From Nemertoderma westbladi (lineage: Eukaryota; Animalia; Xenacoelomorpha): DNA of 64,000 bases. The notes under the pieces were generated by a model. It saw nothing but the letters and a program-made list of their open reading frames with translations, was not told where the DNA came from and did not search any database. The DNA is taken from positions 1 through 64,000 of the forward strand of contig JAUCBJ010002026.1 of the NCBI GenBank assembly GCA_032718475.1. The letters are read 5' to 3'. Shown piece after piece: positions 1 through 11,183 of this stretch. Position 1 is the first letter of the stretch. Each line of letters begins with the position of its first letter. Made by a program: the position numbers and the translations under genes.

Positions 1-2116
1 ACTGTTCCAATTCATCAAACCTTGCTTGAAGCTCCACAAGGCGATTACGAGAGTACTGGGGTACACGACCTTTCCGTTGGGGGGGCAGAGTTGCACCGAT
101 ATTTACAACAGCCTCAAATGGGCCAGATTGGCCGTTATAGCCAGTATACTGGGGATTGAAAACGGATGCATATGACTTGAGAACATCATGGAAATGTGCC
201 CGTTCGCGATAAGACATAATGTTGTCAGGGTCAATTTTAACGGATTCAATCATATCAATAAGGGGTACCTTCACTGATCGTATGGTTGGAGGAACGCTTG
301 GACCTGGGAGGAGAGACACAGGAGGAGACTCCATGACGGGGGTTACGACACCAACATGAGAATTACGCTGGATAAAGATAGGATCCGGAGAGTGATTGGG
401 AATAGATATATAGTTGTCTTCAACTGGTAGGGACATTGGTGCAAACCAATTGGATGGGGTGCGTCGGGAAAGTGATGATTTGGTATGGGGAGCAACCAAA
501 ACGCCAGGGAGTGAACCTACAACTGGAGGGACGAGAACCTTGAGGTGATCACCAGGCCATACAACAGATGATTGAGGGGCTGCTCTGAGGATACAGGATG
601 TAGAGACCTGTCGTACTCGGGGTGGATTATGGCACTTATTGGTTTCTGGACGGTAGCTGAGTGTGGATCCATCGCTAAAACTGACACTATGAGTAGCCGG
701 ATGGAGGCTAATATCATTATAGATCAAAAATGGCATTCCTGCAAGGATTGGCGATGACAAATTACTCACGACTAAACCACGGAACAGGAACTGGAGTCCG
801 TTTCGCTCCAATGTAAAAATGGTATCACCTACTACACGAAGGCGGGAGGACCCATCTGCCTGGGCTGGTACTTGGTCGTGATTGGGCCTAACCTTAACAC
901 CAAGGCTATGGGCAAACGTGTCTAGAATTAAATCAGATTCAGCGCCACTGTCTATAAGAATATCAACAGTTGTTGTCCCATAATATAACTGTATTATAGG
1001 GGAATGAGAAACAGCTACACGGTTGATGGATGGGCTACAATCCTCTAAATACTGATCCTGGCACTGTTCTTCAGGCATACTACTGTATTCTGCATATGGA
1101 TCTGCATAATCATCAACAATGTCAACATTTCGAACTGAAGATAGGAAACGTTGGTCAGACACAGGTAATGATTTACAACTACTGAGAAAGTGGTCATGGC
1201 GACGACCTGCAAGCTGACAGAAGGGGCAGACGGGGGGAGACCGTTGCCCAGCAAATGTACGAGGGGTGTTGACAGGTGTGGGTCGGGGGAACTGGGGGTA
1301 TGAGAACCGCGCAGAGGTACCCGAAAGTGGACCATTCCGGGACTGGAATCGTGAGGGACGGGGGTTGGAAGGACGGTAAACATTTGACCGCATTGTATGG
1401 ATCTCAGAAGAGTTGAGTTCCGCCAATAAGGATGGAAGGGCAGCTGAAATCTCTGGTTTTATAGAAGCAATGGTATCTAAACGAAGGTTAGTGCCATAGC
1501 GTTGTGCAATTAATCGTGGTAGTGCTGGATGGACTAAGTGAAGCCATAGTACAACTATGGTATTCTCCATTACTGGACCAAGAGATTCTTTCTGGGTGGG
1601 CACGATACCATGATGGCGTATGCCGACTTCAGGGGACAGTAAACTGTCATCAATAAATGCACGGAGGCGTTGATAAAGGTCCTCCGGGCGTTCGTCTAAC
1701 TCAAGCTTATGATCTAGGAATGCTAAAAACTGAGCTCCTGTTTGCTGAAAACCATAATGTAAGCGAATTGTTTGCCATATGGACTGGAAGGATGTAGAAT
1801 CTCTTATGATTGACTCACGAGCAACTATGGGAGCAAGGTTAGAGATAAAACCCAGCATGATTTCCAAACTGTGGGCAATCGCCGCAGCAGACTGTCGGGT
1901 AGCAGCAGGAACATCGTTGCCATCATTTGTAAAACCGCGGTGTGGATCAGGGTCTGTGGCTGGCAACCAAACTGTGCCCGGGAGGGTAAAGCGTTTGAAC
2001 TCTGGTGAAAGAGATATATTAAACAGTAAACTCTGACGCCAGTTTTCAAAAGTAGTTATGGTTTCTGTTTTTGTTAGAGCAACTAAACGTGGTGACTTGA
2101 ACTGTGGCCGATCCAT
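1..2116 (-). CDS. Gypsy-like LTR retrotransposon gag-pol, 5' part, running off the left edge (not in the ORF track)
   Basis: Manual translation of sampled segments, all in one frame: start MDRPQFKSPRLVALTKTETITTFENWRQSL (ATG 2116); zinc knuckle CPFCQLAGRRHDHFLSSC (~1228); protease ILIDSGAESDLI (~960); pre-RT segment GYNGQSGPFEAVVNIGATLPPQRKGRVPQYSRNRLVELQARFDELE at the edge. Confidence 0.85.
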   Translation of the reverse strand, partial: MDRPQFKSPRLVALTKTETITTFENWRQSLLFNISLSPEFKRFTLPGTVWLPATDPDPHRGFTNDGNDVPAATRQSAAAIAHSLEIMLGFISNLAPIVARESIIRDSTSFQSIWQTIRLHYGFQQTGAQFLAFLDHKLELDERPEDLYQRLRAFIDDSLLSPEVGIRHHGIVPTQKESLGPVMENTIVVLWLHLVHPALPRLIAQRYGTNLRLDTIASIKPEISAALPSLLAELNSSEIHTMRSNVYRPSNPRPSRFQSRNGPLSGTSARFSYPQFPRPTPVNTPRTFAGQRSPPVCPFCQLAGRRHDHFLSSCKSLPVSDQRFLSSVRNVDIVDDYADPYAEYSSMPEEQCQDQYLEDCSPSINRVAVSHSPIIQLYYGTTTVDILIDSGAESDLILDTFAHSLGVKVRPNHDQVPAQADGSSRLRVVGDTIFTLERNGLQFLFRGLVVSNLSSPILAGMPFLIYNDISLHPATHSVSFSDGSTLSYRPETNKCHNPPRVRQVSTSCILRAAPQSSVVWPGDHLKVLVPPVVGSLPGVLVAPHTKSSLSRRTPSNWFAPMSLPVEDNYISIPNHSPDPIFIQRNSHVGVVTPVMESPPVSLLPGPSVPPTIRSVKVPLIDMIESVKIDPDNIMSYRERAHFHDVLKSYASVFNPQYTGYNGQSGPFEAVVNIGATLPPQRKGRVPQYSRNRLVELQARFDELEQ

Positions 2117-2527
2117 GACCTGATGACTGACTACGGACTGTAGATTGGCAGGGAAGGCTGACAGGCAGTACTGGAATAAATAAAACGTCTTTTGAGTTTG
2201 ATTGATTTTGATAGTGGTAAAACTAACAGTTCGGCATTCGGGTATAATTACTTTGGGGACAGTCAGTTCTGCAACAGGTAAAGCTGTACCGGTATGCAGT
2301 AAACGAACACTGGCTGACCGGTGCCGTTGTACAGTTGTAAGGAATTTAATTCTCCCTGGTGAAAGTAGTGTAGCAGATTGGGAACGTCGTCTAGGCCTAT
2401 TTGCTATTGGCCTAGTGGCTTGAAGTACCTGTGTCGGTAATGGCAGAATGGTAGAGTTGTAGAATACAAATACTGGAATAACAGAATAAGTAAATTAGGT
2501 AATCAAGGCAGTGGAGATCGAACACAA

Positions 2528-2754
2528 GCTGCCACCACGCCAAGGTAAAGGAGAAGCTGGTGTATGAACAGCAACAAAGGCAAACGTATATGTATCACAA
2601 CTCATATAACTGTATAACAGTATAATGGGACAGATAGGTATGCAGCACAAACGCGGTACTGCGGTAATATGGAAGACACAGACACAACAACCGGTAGGCT
2701 ATGATGTATGTAAAAACAGCAGTAAGGTGAAGGGTCGGTCCTGACCTATGGCAC
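2528..2754 (-). mobile_element. Probable PBS (TGGTGGCAGC, 2537-2528) and 5' LTR of the left Gypsy-like element
   Basis: Typical Gypsy PBS on the minus strand upstream of gag. The segment begins TGTGCC at 2754, where LINE sequence takes over. The partner LTR is outside the window, so the limits are approximate. Confidence 0.5.
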
Positions 2755-3071
2755 AGCCTCAATCGGAATGGTGGGTGCTACCCAACTGGGTGGCGCAGTG
2801 GTCACAAGTCCCAGATTGACCATATTCTGTTTCATAGGAAATACAGGAGCTCTATACAAGACTGTAATGCATTTACACTTCGACCCTTCGCCAGTGATCA
2901 CCACCTTATTGTGGCCAAGGTAAGACTTAGTCTGCGTGCTAGCAGAACAACGAAATCTGCCTTGCCGCGGCATGACTGGTTCTCTCTGTTGCAACAGCCA
3001 AGTGTGAGATCCAGCTTCACACTACAGCTGAGCAACAGGTATGAGGTTCTTGCCTCTGAGACGGCAGATCA
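2755..3071 (+). pseudogene. RTE-type LINE ORF, segment 1 (C-terminus of AP endonuclease)
   Basis: Translates to GHKSQIDHIL and RPFASDHHLIVAKVRLSLR...LQLSNRYEVL, which are APE motifs (IDH, SDH) plus the RTE linker. Confidence 0.8.
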
Positions 3072-3762
3072 CTGTGAGGGCTATACTGTTTTTAGAAGTA
3101 CTAAAGTGCTAACAAACAGCAGTCCTGCAATGGTACAGTCCCAATCCCAATAAACATTAACTTGGTCATTTTGGCGGCCAAAACGACCAAAATGGCCAAA
3201 TATAAATTGCGGCATTCATGAAAGGAACTTCTGAGGCAAGTTGGCTTGTCAATCACAGCCAGTGAATAGAGGCTGAGTGTAAGTAAAGCCAAGGATGTTG
3301 GCAGATAGAAAAAGGCTTCGATTTCCCTACATTCCCCCCCCCCCCGGACAGTTCCGTTCCGTTCGAGTAAGACACTACTGTTTTATATTTCGCACGTTTA
3401 TTTTTCATTTTGTAAGGTAAACGGACCGCTTGTATCCAGACAAGTTGTACAGTATCCAATTTCCCTTTCTTAGCTCAGAAATTTATATTATGCATCCCGA
3501 TTTTACATTTTGTATCCACATTTTATTTATGGATTTCATCAATTCAATTACACTGTATTGTTTGCTAATCTTTAAACAATTAATTAGATGACCTATATAT
3601 TCCATCTGTTTCTCCTGTTCAAAGCAAAATCTAATCATGAATACTTTTTCGCTGTAACTCGTAACTCAATCAATTGGTCCTTTTTCAAAGAAATCCTACA
3701 TGGGCATTTTGGAGCTAACCCGCCACTACTGCTTGGCTCACTGGAAGTGTATTTAGGTAAAG

Positions 3763-4030
3763 CTCGTTTATTGTTTTGGTTCCCCAACACGCCTCTGTAA
3801 CCTGCTTCTTTACTAACCTGCTCCTTTAAATGGCAATGTGATCTCACGCTCTCTGGCAATGGGACCTAAAGCTCTTCGGAACCTAACGCTCTTTGGGACG
3901 TAACGCGACTTAACCTCTTTGTTTTATACAGGTCATAATGAGCGTTATGTACCATTGCTATTTAAAGGAGCAGGTTAGTAAAGGAGCAAGTTACAGAGGC
4001 GTGGCGGGGGATTCAAAACAATTAACGAAA
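3763..4030. repeat. Internal inverted repeat with ~75-bp arms inside the MITE
   Basis: CACGCCTCTGTAACCTGCTTCTTTACTAACCTGCTCCTTTAAATGGCAATG (~3788-3838) is mirrored by CATTGCTATTTAAAGGAGCAGGTTAGTAAAGGAGCAAGTTACAGAGGCGTG (~3953-4003). Confidence 0.8.
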
Positions 4031-4251
4031 GTTAACACATGTAACAAGATTATGCAGGTCTTTATAATTGGGTCTTTGTTTTGTAGTCACCCCGCAGTGT
4101 CCGCTAATTATACATTGTAAAAAAATATTTAAAAAAATTTTTATTATAAAAAAAAGTATTATTGAAATTAATTTCCGAAATTAACATCCCGAAATTAATT
4201 TATGGACGTCCATTAATTAGTTATTTCATTACGATTCTGATTAGTTGATAG

Positions 4252-4421
4252 ATTAATTTCGGGACGTCCATAAATTAATTTCGGGACGTCCATAAGTTAA
4301 TTTCGGGACGTCTATAAATTAATTTCGGGACGTCCATAAGTTAATTTCAGGACGTCCATAAGTTAATTTCGGGACGTCCATAAATTAATTTCGGGACGTC
4401 CATAAATTAATTTCGGGACGT
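4252..4421. repeat. 22-bp tandem repeat, about 7.5 copies
   Basis: Unit TTAATTTCGGGACGTCCATAAR, head to tail with no spacers; degenerate and inverted copies at 4165-4220. Confidence 0.9.
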
Positions 4422-5610
4422 TCAGATTATTACATACTCCTCCTTTAACGAAGCCCCATTCAACTCCTTTTATAAGACTGTGTACTCTATCAATGCCTCA
4501 GTGGGCGGACTCCAGTACTGCAAGGCTCAGCGCCGGGTAAGTTAACAATCTGTCAATAATAAAAATGAAAGCGAGCCGACATTTAGTCAGATCCACCAAA
4601 TGGATGGCCAAGGAGACAGACTGTCTGGATTGAGCTGATTCGAGTTGAATCGCTTCGCCAAAACGGCCAAGTAGCCCATAGGAATACACTACATTTTTTT
4701 GGTGATTTTGGTCATTTTGGCCGCCAAAACGACCAAGTTAATGTTTATTGGGATTGGGACTGTAAAGTGCTAACTGTTTTAAAGTGCTAACCTAAAGTGC
4801 TAACACTCCCTGAAAAAAATTTGTTAAGACAAGTTGACTACAATACCAGGCTCCGATTGGCTCATTTCGAAGTGTTAGCAGTTTGACCCCTTTGCAAGCA
4901 CAAATTAAAAACGTCAAATAGCAACAAATTTTAACAACTGCCCCCTAGCGACCAGATTCAGAATTATTGAAAAAGGTAAAGTGCTAACTGTTAGCACTAT
5001 AGAGTTTCTCCATAAGACATATTCTAAATGTTAGCTCTTTAAGGCTAATTTTGTTGTATAATTATTGCATAGCATGCCAGACCAGATGTTAGCGTTTTAT
5101 AACTAAAATTGAAATAAATTTTGATTATTAATCAAGCCGAGATCACAAGAGGAGATTATGAGTTTCTGAAATGAATAATACCGGCCAACAGAAAGCATAA
5201 AGTGCTAACATTAAGCCTATTCAATTCATATATTAAATTTCTATGTCTCTGCAACTAGTTCATGGATTTCTTCAAAGCATTCAATAATATGGCACATAAT
5301 CACAACCATTAATTAATTTATTCTCATAATTATATATTATTCTAAATCCTTAATCATTGCAATAAGTTTCCTTTTCCAGAAAATAGAGAGGTCATTCTGT
5401 ATGTCAAATTTCGTGCAATCTCAAATTTTAATTTTTACATATACTGCTATAACGTAAATTGCTACAAGTATTTTGAAAATGTGTCACCAATTTCTTACCC
5501 ATTATTGCACACCGCTGCTATTCTTGGTCTTTTCGAGGTCAAAACTTTAAACCTCTCTAAATACCTACATAAAACCAATAAGCCATGTCCCGGAATGCAG
5601 TGTATTTAAT

Positions 5611-7061
5611 TCAATGACAGGGTATCGCCTGATAACTTTAAAGATGTAAAAGTGTTCTGAGTCTGTACTCCCAGATATTCCCATTGGCTATATCTCCTTT
5701 GCAGAAGTGAAGGCTGCTGCAAAGAGCATTAAGACCAATCGTGCCAGTGGAGTAGATGTTCCCCCTGAGGTCTTTAAAATACCTGAGTGTTTAAAACTTA
5801 TCTAGATCCCATTGATCCCTCTGGACCCCATTGAGAGACTGCTCCTTGGAAATCAGAATGGGTTCCGTAAAGGTCGTGGGACCATGGAGCCCATTTTGGT
5901 ACTTAGAAGGATAATTGAAGAGATTGATCAAAAAAGAAAGACAGGCATCTGGCTGTTATATTTGTTGACTTATTCAAGGCCTTTTATTCAGTCTCTCGCT
6001 CACGTATGTTCAGCATACTTTCATTATATGGGATTCCTGATTAAATTATTGCAGCAATCAGATCAGTATACGATGGTTCGACAACATTTGTGTCTACTGC
6101 TGACGGTGAAACAGAACCACTTTAAGTGTTATGGGGTGTCCTCCAGGGAGACACACTTGCGCCATTCTTGTTCATAATTATGGTTGACTATAAGCATGTC
6201 CTTAGATCATCATAATGATGATGGGGTGATGATAACTCCACCTACTGGCTCCAGAAGTCGAGGATATCCTGCCAAGTACCTAACTGATCTAGACTTTGCT
6301 GATGACTTAGGAGTACTCTCAGAATCACTAGAGGGAGCCCAACGGCTCCTCAGCTCATTAGAACATGCTGCTTCTAGTGTTGGTCTTTTTATTAACTCCA
6401 AAAATGACCAAAATTTTGACAGTTAACTATGAAAGTCATCAGCAAGTCTCTGATCGGATGAGCATAAGCTCAAAGGATGGTATGCTTGAGCATGTGGACG
6501 ACTTCTGTCACCAGGGTTCATGGATCCGGAGCTCAGGCGAGACCTTCGAATACGCAAGGGAAAGGCATGGGCAGCCTTGAATAGGCTTTCCAGGATTTGG
6601 AAGTCACATAAAATTAATCGGAATCTTAAGGTACGATTATTTAGAGCAGCAGTAGTTCCAGTACTCCTCTATGGGAGTCCATGCTGGGCTCTAACTGCAG
6701 AGGATACCAAATCTCTGTATGGCACATTCACAAGAATGCTACGCCGGGTTCACTGTGTCAAGTACAATCCACACATCTCCAACCAGACACTATATAACAT
6801 TGGAGGTGTCTCATTGGTTCCCCCAGGCTTGACACTAGAACAAACCCGCCTCCGCTTTGCAGGACATTCTTAATCTTGTTCATTCATAATCTTGTTCTTT
6901 GGTAGCCTCATGCAGTGAATAAGCATGGTGGACAGCCCATGACTTTCTTGAGACGCATCTTAAAGGACACTGGCCTTGAAGATTCGGATGATCTAGCAAA
7001 TATCATGGGTGATAGGGAGTTGTGGTGGCTCAATTTTGTCGTCAAGCCGGCACAGCATTCT
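5611..7061 (+). pseudogene. Second, 5'-truncated and degraded copy of the RTE LINE (RT and C-terminus)
   Basis: Colinear with 9403-11141, with QNGFRKGRGT, GVLQGDTLAP and LDFADD motifs, frameshifts, and an internal deletion at ~5806. Confidence 0.9.
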
Positions 7062-8070
7062 ATTTATTGCGTTTATTGTGTTTATTGCTTTTTAATCAAC
7101 CATAGATCACAATATAGATGACAATGTGTTTCAGAAATAAATAATTCCAGTCAGCAGAAATCATATAGTGGTAACATACTGTACATCCATAAATACAAGC
7201 ATTCATTGTCTTATATGCGCATCAAGGTTATGACCCCCTTTGGTAGCCTGATAAATCAGCGATTGGAAATGCAGAAATGTATGTTCTATTGTTTAAAAAG
7301 GAGAACATTTTTTTAGGATTCTCTATTTTATTTTGAAAATGAAAAATATAGAACGTTATAAAATATTTTAATTTAACATATTTTATATGTTTGAGAACAT
7401 TTTCACAAATGAAATTAGCAAAAACTTGGTAGTATAAAATTTGGTGTGTACACCCCCCCCCCCCCCCCCCCACCCCCCAATTCAGTTTATAATTATTTTG
7501 AAACGTTGAAATAATGTTACCAACCAATTTGTAACGTTCAAATAATGTAATTTAAATTTATTCTGAACATCTTGATTTTCAAACAATCAATAACACTATA
7601 AGAAACATTAGAAAAACTATGTTCTGTAATGTTACATAAATTTTAATATAAATATTTTGATTCTATTGACGTTGTTGAAACTAAATAAATATTGATATTT
7701 TTGAAACAAATGATTACATATTTAATATTATAATATATTCAATATCCTTTCACATCCCAAAGAACGAATAATGAGTTAGCACTTTATGATGTGTGGTGTC
7801 TTGAAATATTCAACACAAAAACACCTTATCATTATCTTCCAAGATTTACAGATACCATCACTTCAAACTCCTAACTTTGCTAATATTACTATTGTTATTG
7901 GTGTTTTTAGTAAGTTAGCACTTTAGAACACTTGAGCCCTCTTGCGGGTGGTGCAGAATTGGTGTTGCTAAATGTTGCTAAAGTCTGTTACTGAGTTAGC
8001 ACATTGGTACTTTCAGAAATCACTGGTATGGTGTCACTTTACCAAGGAAATCCCGCGTTAGCACTTACAG

Positions 8071-8390
8071 ACTTATGTGGTGCATGTACTGCCTTCACAG
8101 AAGCAATTAAGTTAGCAGCTGCAGATACAGTTCCTGTATACCCTCGTAACAGGAAAAGGGCCCCCTGGACTGACAACAAAATTCAGAAGTGCAGAAATGA
8201 CCTTTATAAGGCGTAGAAAGAGCCCCGACTCAAACAGACTACAGCGGCCAAGAATGCAGTTAAGGCTGCATCTAGGTCCCTGAATAGGCAGTACTCTGTC
8301 AATCTACAGGAGCTAATAAACCAACAGGTTGATGCCATCAATGATGCTGACGACAGCAGGCAATCATCCCAGGCATGGAAATCGATTAAC
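8071..8390 (+). pseudogene. RTE LINE ORF, segment 2 (endonuclease-RT linker)
   Basis: AFTEAIKLAAADTVP...KRAPW...SRQSSQAWKSIN joins logically to MLTGRKS at 9304; one in-frame stop. Confidence 0.75.
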
Positions 8391-9143
8391 TACTGTAATG
8401 TCCGGCAAAGCTGAGACAGTTTCATAGAAGAGTCATGTAATTTCATATTAATTGAACATGTCAATATCTGTAAATGTATCTCAAAATTGTAAAATGTTGA
8501 TTAATTAGTTGCGCATTTATATTGGTGGTTATAATAATGTTAGATTTCCTATTGGATAGTATATTGTGTGTATTCCGTTTTTCTATGTGTTATAATATTG
8601 TTTCGCAATGTTTGTTTAAGAATGGAGTAAAGTGTTGATTCATCGTTTTATACATTGTCAATTATAAATTCGACGAAATACATTAGTATCCTATAATGCA
8701 TTGCTCGTACCACCGACAAATTGAGTTTTTATGTTTTTGAAATTTTTATAAACAGCTGATTGATTACGAAGTTGATTAAGAACATTTGTATAAAAGGACG
8801 TAAAATTATTTCGAAAAGCTTTACTTTAGATAAATTTGTTAAAGTTTTAATAATTTGTTTTTACTCATTCTCCCCCGCACTAAGAAGTTTTCGAGATTTT
8901 CGTTAAAGATTCGAGCAAATTTAAGGGGGGGGGGGGGGGGGGGGGTACACCATTTTCGGACAACTCTTCGATTTATCACTCTCAGTGTTTCAAAATTGTT
9001 TGGTTTTGGCTAAAATTTGGCATATAAGTGCCTAAGATGCTATTCTACATAACAGATCAGAAAAAAAAAATTTTCCGCTATTTAATATTAGTTAATACTA
9101 GTTAACAATAAAAAAAACTTGGTTGCGCCTAAAACTTGGCTGC

Positions 9144-9297
9144 GCTTTACTTACACTCAGCCTCTATTCACTGGCTGTGATTGACAAGCCAACTTGCCTC
9201 AGAAGTTCCTTTCATGAATGCCGCAATTTATATTTGGCCATTTTGGTCGTTTTGGCCGCCAAAATGACCAAGTTAATGTTTATTGGGATTGGGACTG
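9144..9297 (-). mobile_element. One-ended inverted copy of the MITE terminus, ending an AT-rich insertion (8391-9299) in the LINE
   Basis: Near-exact reverse complement of 3136-3290, followed by TA. Confidence 0.85.
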
Positions 9298-9299
9298 TA

Positions 9300-11183
9300 C
9301 CCATGCTTACTGGTCGGAAAAGCCAACCAACCACCAAGGTTAAGGCTGAATCACCAGCCGATCGCCTCAATGGTTGGAAGGCCCACTTTGAAAAGATCCT
9401 TAATAATGACAGGGATTTTTCCTGATAACTTTATAGAAGTAAAAGTGTCTGAGTATGTACTCCCAGATATTACCGTTGGCGATATCTCCTTTGCAGAAGT
9501 GAAGGCTGCTGCAAAGAGCATTAAGACCAATCATGCCAGTGGAGTAGATGGTGTTCCCCCTGAGGTCTTTAAAATACCTGAGTGTTTTAAGCTCATCTAT
9601 CCCATCATAGTAGACATGTACCGAACAACAAGAGTCCCACAAGAAATGAAAACAAATAAGTTGGTGCCAGTTCCCAAGAAGGGCAACCTAACACTCTATG
9701 GTTCTTTTCGGGGAATCTCATTGATCTCGATTGCTGCAAAGCTATACAATAGAATTCTATTAAATCGCATCAGGGATCCCATTGAGAGACTGCTCCGTGG
9801 AAATCAGAATGGGTTCCGTAAAGGTCGTGGGACCATGGAGCCCATTTTGGCACTTAGAAGGATAATTGAAGAGTTATCAAAAAAGAAAGACAGGCATCTG
9901 GCTGTTATCTTTGTTGACTTCTTCAAGGCCTTTGATTCAGTCTCTCGCTCACGTATGTTCAGCATACTTTCATTATATGGGATTCCTGATGAAATTATTG
10001 CAGCAATCAGATCAGTATACGATGGTTCGACAACATTTGTGTCTACTGTTGACGGTGACACAGAACCATTTGAAGTGTTATGGGGCGTCCTCCAGGGAGA
10101 CACACTTGCACCATTCTTGTTCATAATTGTGGTTGACTATGTTCTACGCATGTCCTTAGATCATCATAATGATGATGGGGTCATGATAACTCCACCTACT
10201 GGCTCCAGAACTCGAGGAAATCCTGCCAAGTACCTAATTGATCTAGACTTTGCTGATGACTTAGGAGTACTCTCAGAATCATTAGAGGGAGCCCAACGGC
10301 TCCTCAGTTCATTAGAACATGCTGCTTCTAGTGTTGGTCTTTTTATTAACTCCAGAAAGACCAAAATTTTGACAGTTAACTTTGAAAGTCCTCAGCAAGT
10401 CTCTGATCGGATGAGCATAAGCTCAAAGGATGGTATGCTTGAGCATGTGGACTCGTCGACTTCTGTTACCTGGGATCATGGATCCGGAAGTCAGGAGAAG
10501 ACCTTCGAATACGTAAGGGAAAGGCATGGGCAGCCTTGAATAGGCTTTCCAGGATTTGGAATTCACCAAGAATTAATCGGAAACTTAAGGTCCGATTATT
10601 TAGAGCAGCAGTAGTTCCAGTACTCCTCTATGGGAGTCCATGCTGGGCTCTAACTGCTGAGGACACCAAATCTCTGGATGGCACATTCACAAGAATGCTA
10701 CGCCGGGTTCATTGTATCAAGTACAATGCACACATCTCCAACCAGACACTATATAACATTGGAGGTGTCTCATTGGTTCCCCCAAGCTTGACACTAGAAC
10801 AAAATCGCTACGCCGGGTTCATTGTATCAAGTACAATGCACACATCTCCAACCAGACACTATATAACATTGGAGGTGTCTCATTGGTTCCCCCAAGCTTG
10901 ACACTAGAACAAAATCGCCTCCGCTTTGCAGGAAATTGCTTTCGCCGTGAGGACCAGCCAGTGCATAATCTTGTACTTTGGCAGCCTCATGGAGTGAATA
11001 AGCATGGTGGACAGCCCATGACTTTCTTGAGACACATCTTAAAGGACACTGGCCTTAAAGATGCGGATGATCTAGCAAATGTCATGGGTGATAGGGAGTT
11101 GTGGCGGTGCAATTTTGTTGACAAGCCGGCACAGCATTCTTAAAAATGCAGCTGCAATGCAGCATGCCGATCCTAGTAGTAGT
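9300..11183 (+). pseudogene. RTE LINE ORF, segment 3: reverse transcriptase, C-terminus and (TAG)n tail
   Basis: ORF 9283-10539 has RGISL, QNGFR, FVDFFKAFDSV, GVLQGDTLAPFLF and LDFADD. The C-terminus (LLYG...W, RLRFAG.C.R) is in frameshifted ORFs to 11143. TAGTAGTAGT tail at ~11174-11183. Confidence 0.92.
10697..10918. repeat. 110-bp tandem duplication within the LINE
   Basis: CGCCGGGTTCATTGTATC...ACACTAGAACAAAATCGC starts at 10701 and again at 10811; the second LINE copy lacks the duplication. Confidence 0.9.

Larger units (their letters stand above)
3136..4762. mobile_element. MITE-like Tc1/mariner-type non-autonomous element, ~60-bp TIRs, TA target duplication
   Basis: TA|CAGTCCCAATCCCAATAAACATTAACTTGGTC... 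at the left and ...GACCAAGTTAATGTTTATTGGGATTGGGACTG|TA at the right. No coding capacity. Confidence 0.85.
3072..8070. mobile_element. Non-autonomous DNA element with short imperfect TIRs and clustered subterminal AAAGTGCTAAC motifs, inserted in the LINE
   Basis: Left end CTGTGAGGGCTA resembles the reverse complement of the right end (CTGTAAGTGCTA). AAAGTGCTAAC recurs at 3103, 4764-4805, 4978 and 5198; inverted GTTAGCAC copies lie at 7775, 7914, 7995 and 8057. LINE coding sequence resumes at 8071. Confidence 0.6.

Noticed and set aside
3101-3292. Duplicated small gene (also in ORF 9123-9425)
   Set aside because: Chance ORF across the MITE terminus, fused at 9300 to LINE sequence.
4252-4421. 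CRISPR-like short repeats
   Set aside because: Units are head to tail with no unique spacers, there are no cas genes, and the context is eukaryotic.
9283-10539. Bacterial retron or group II intron RT
   Set aside because: The motifs, upstream AP endonuclease remnants and microsatellite tail identify a non-LTR RTE-type element.
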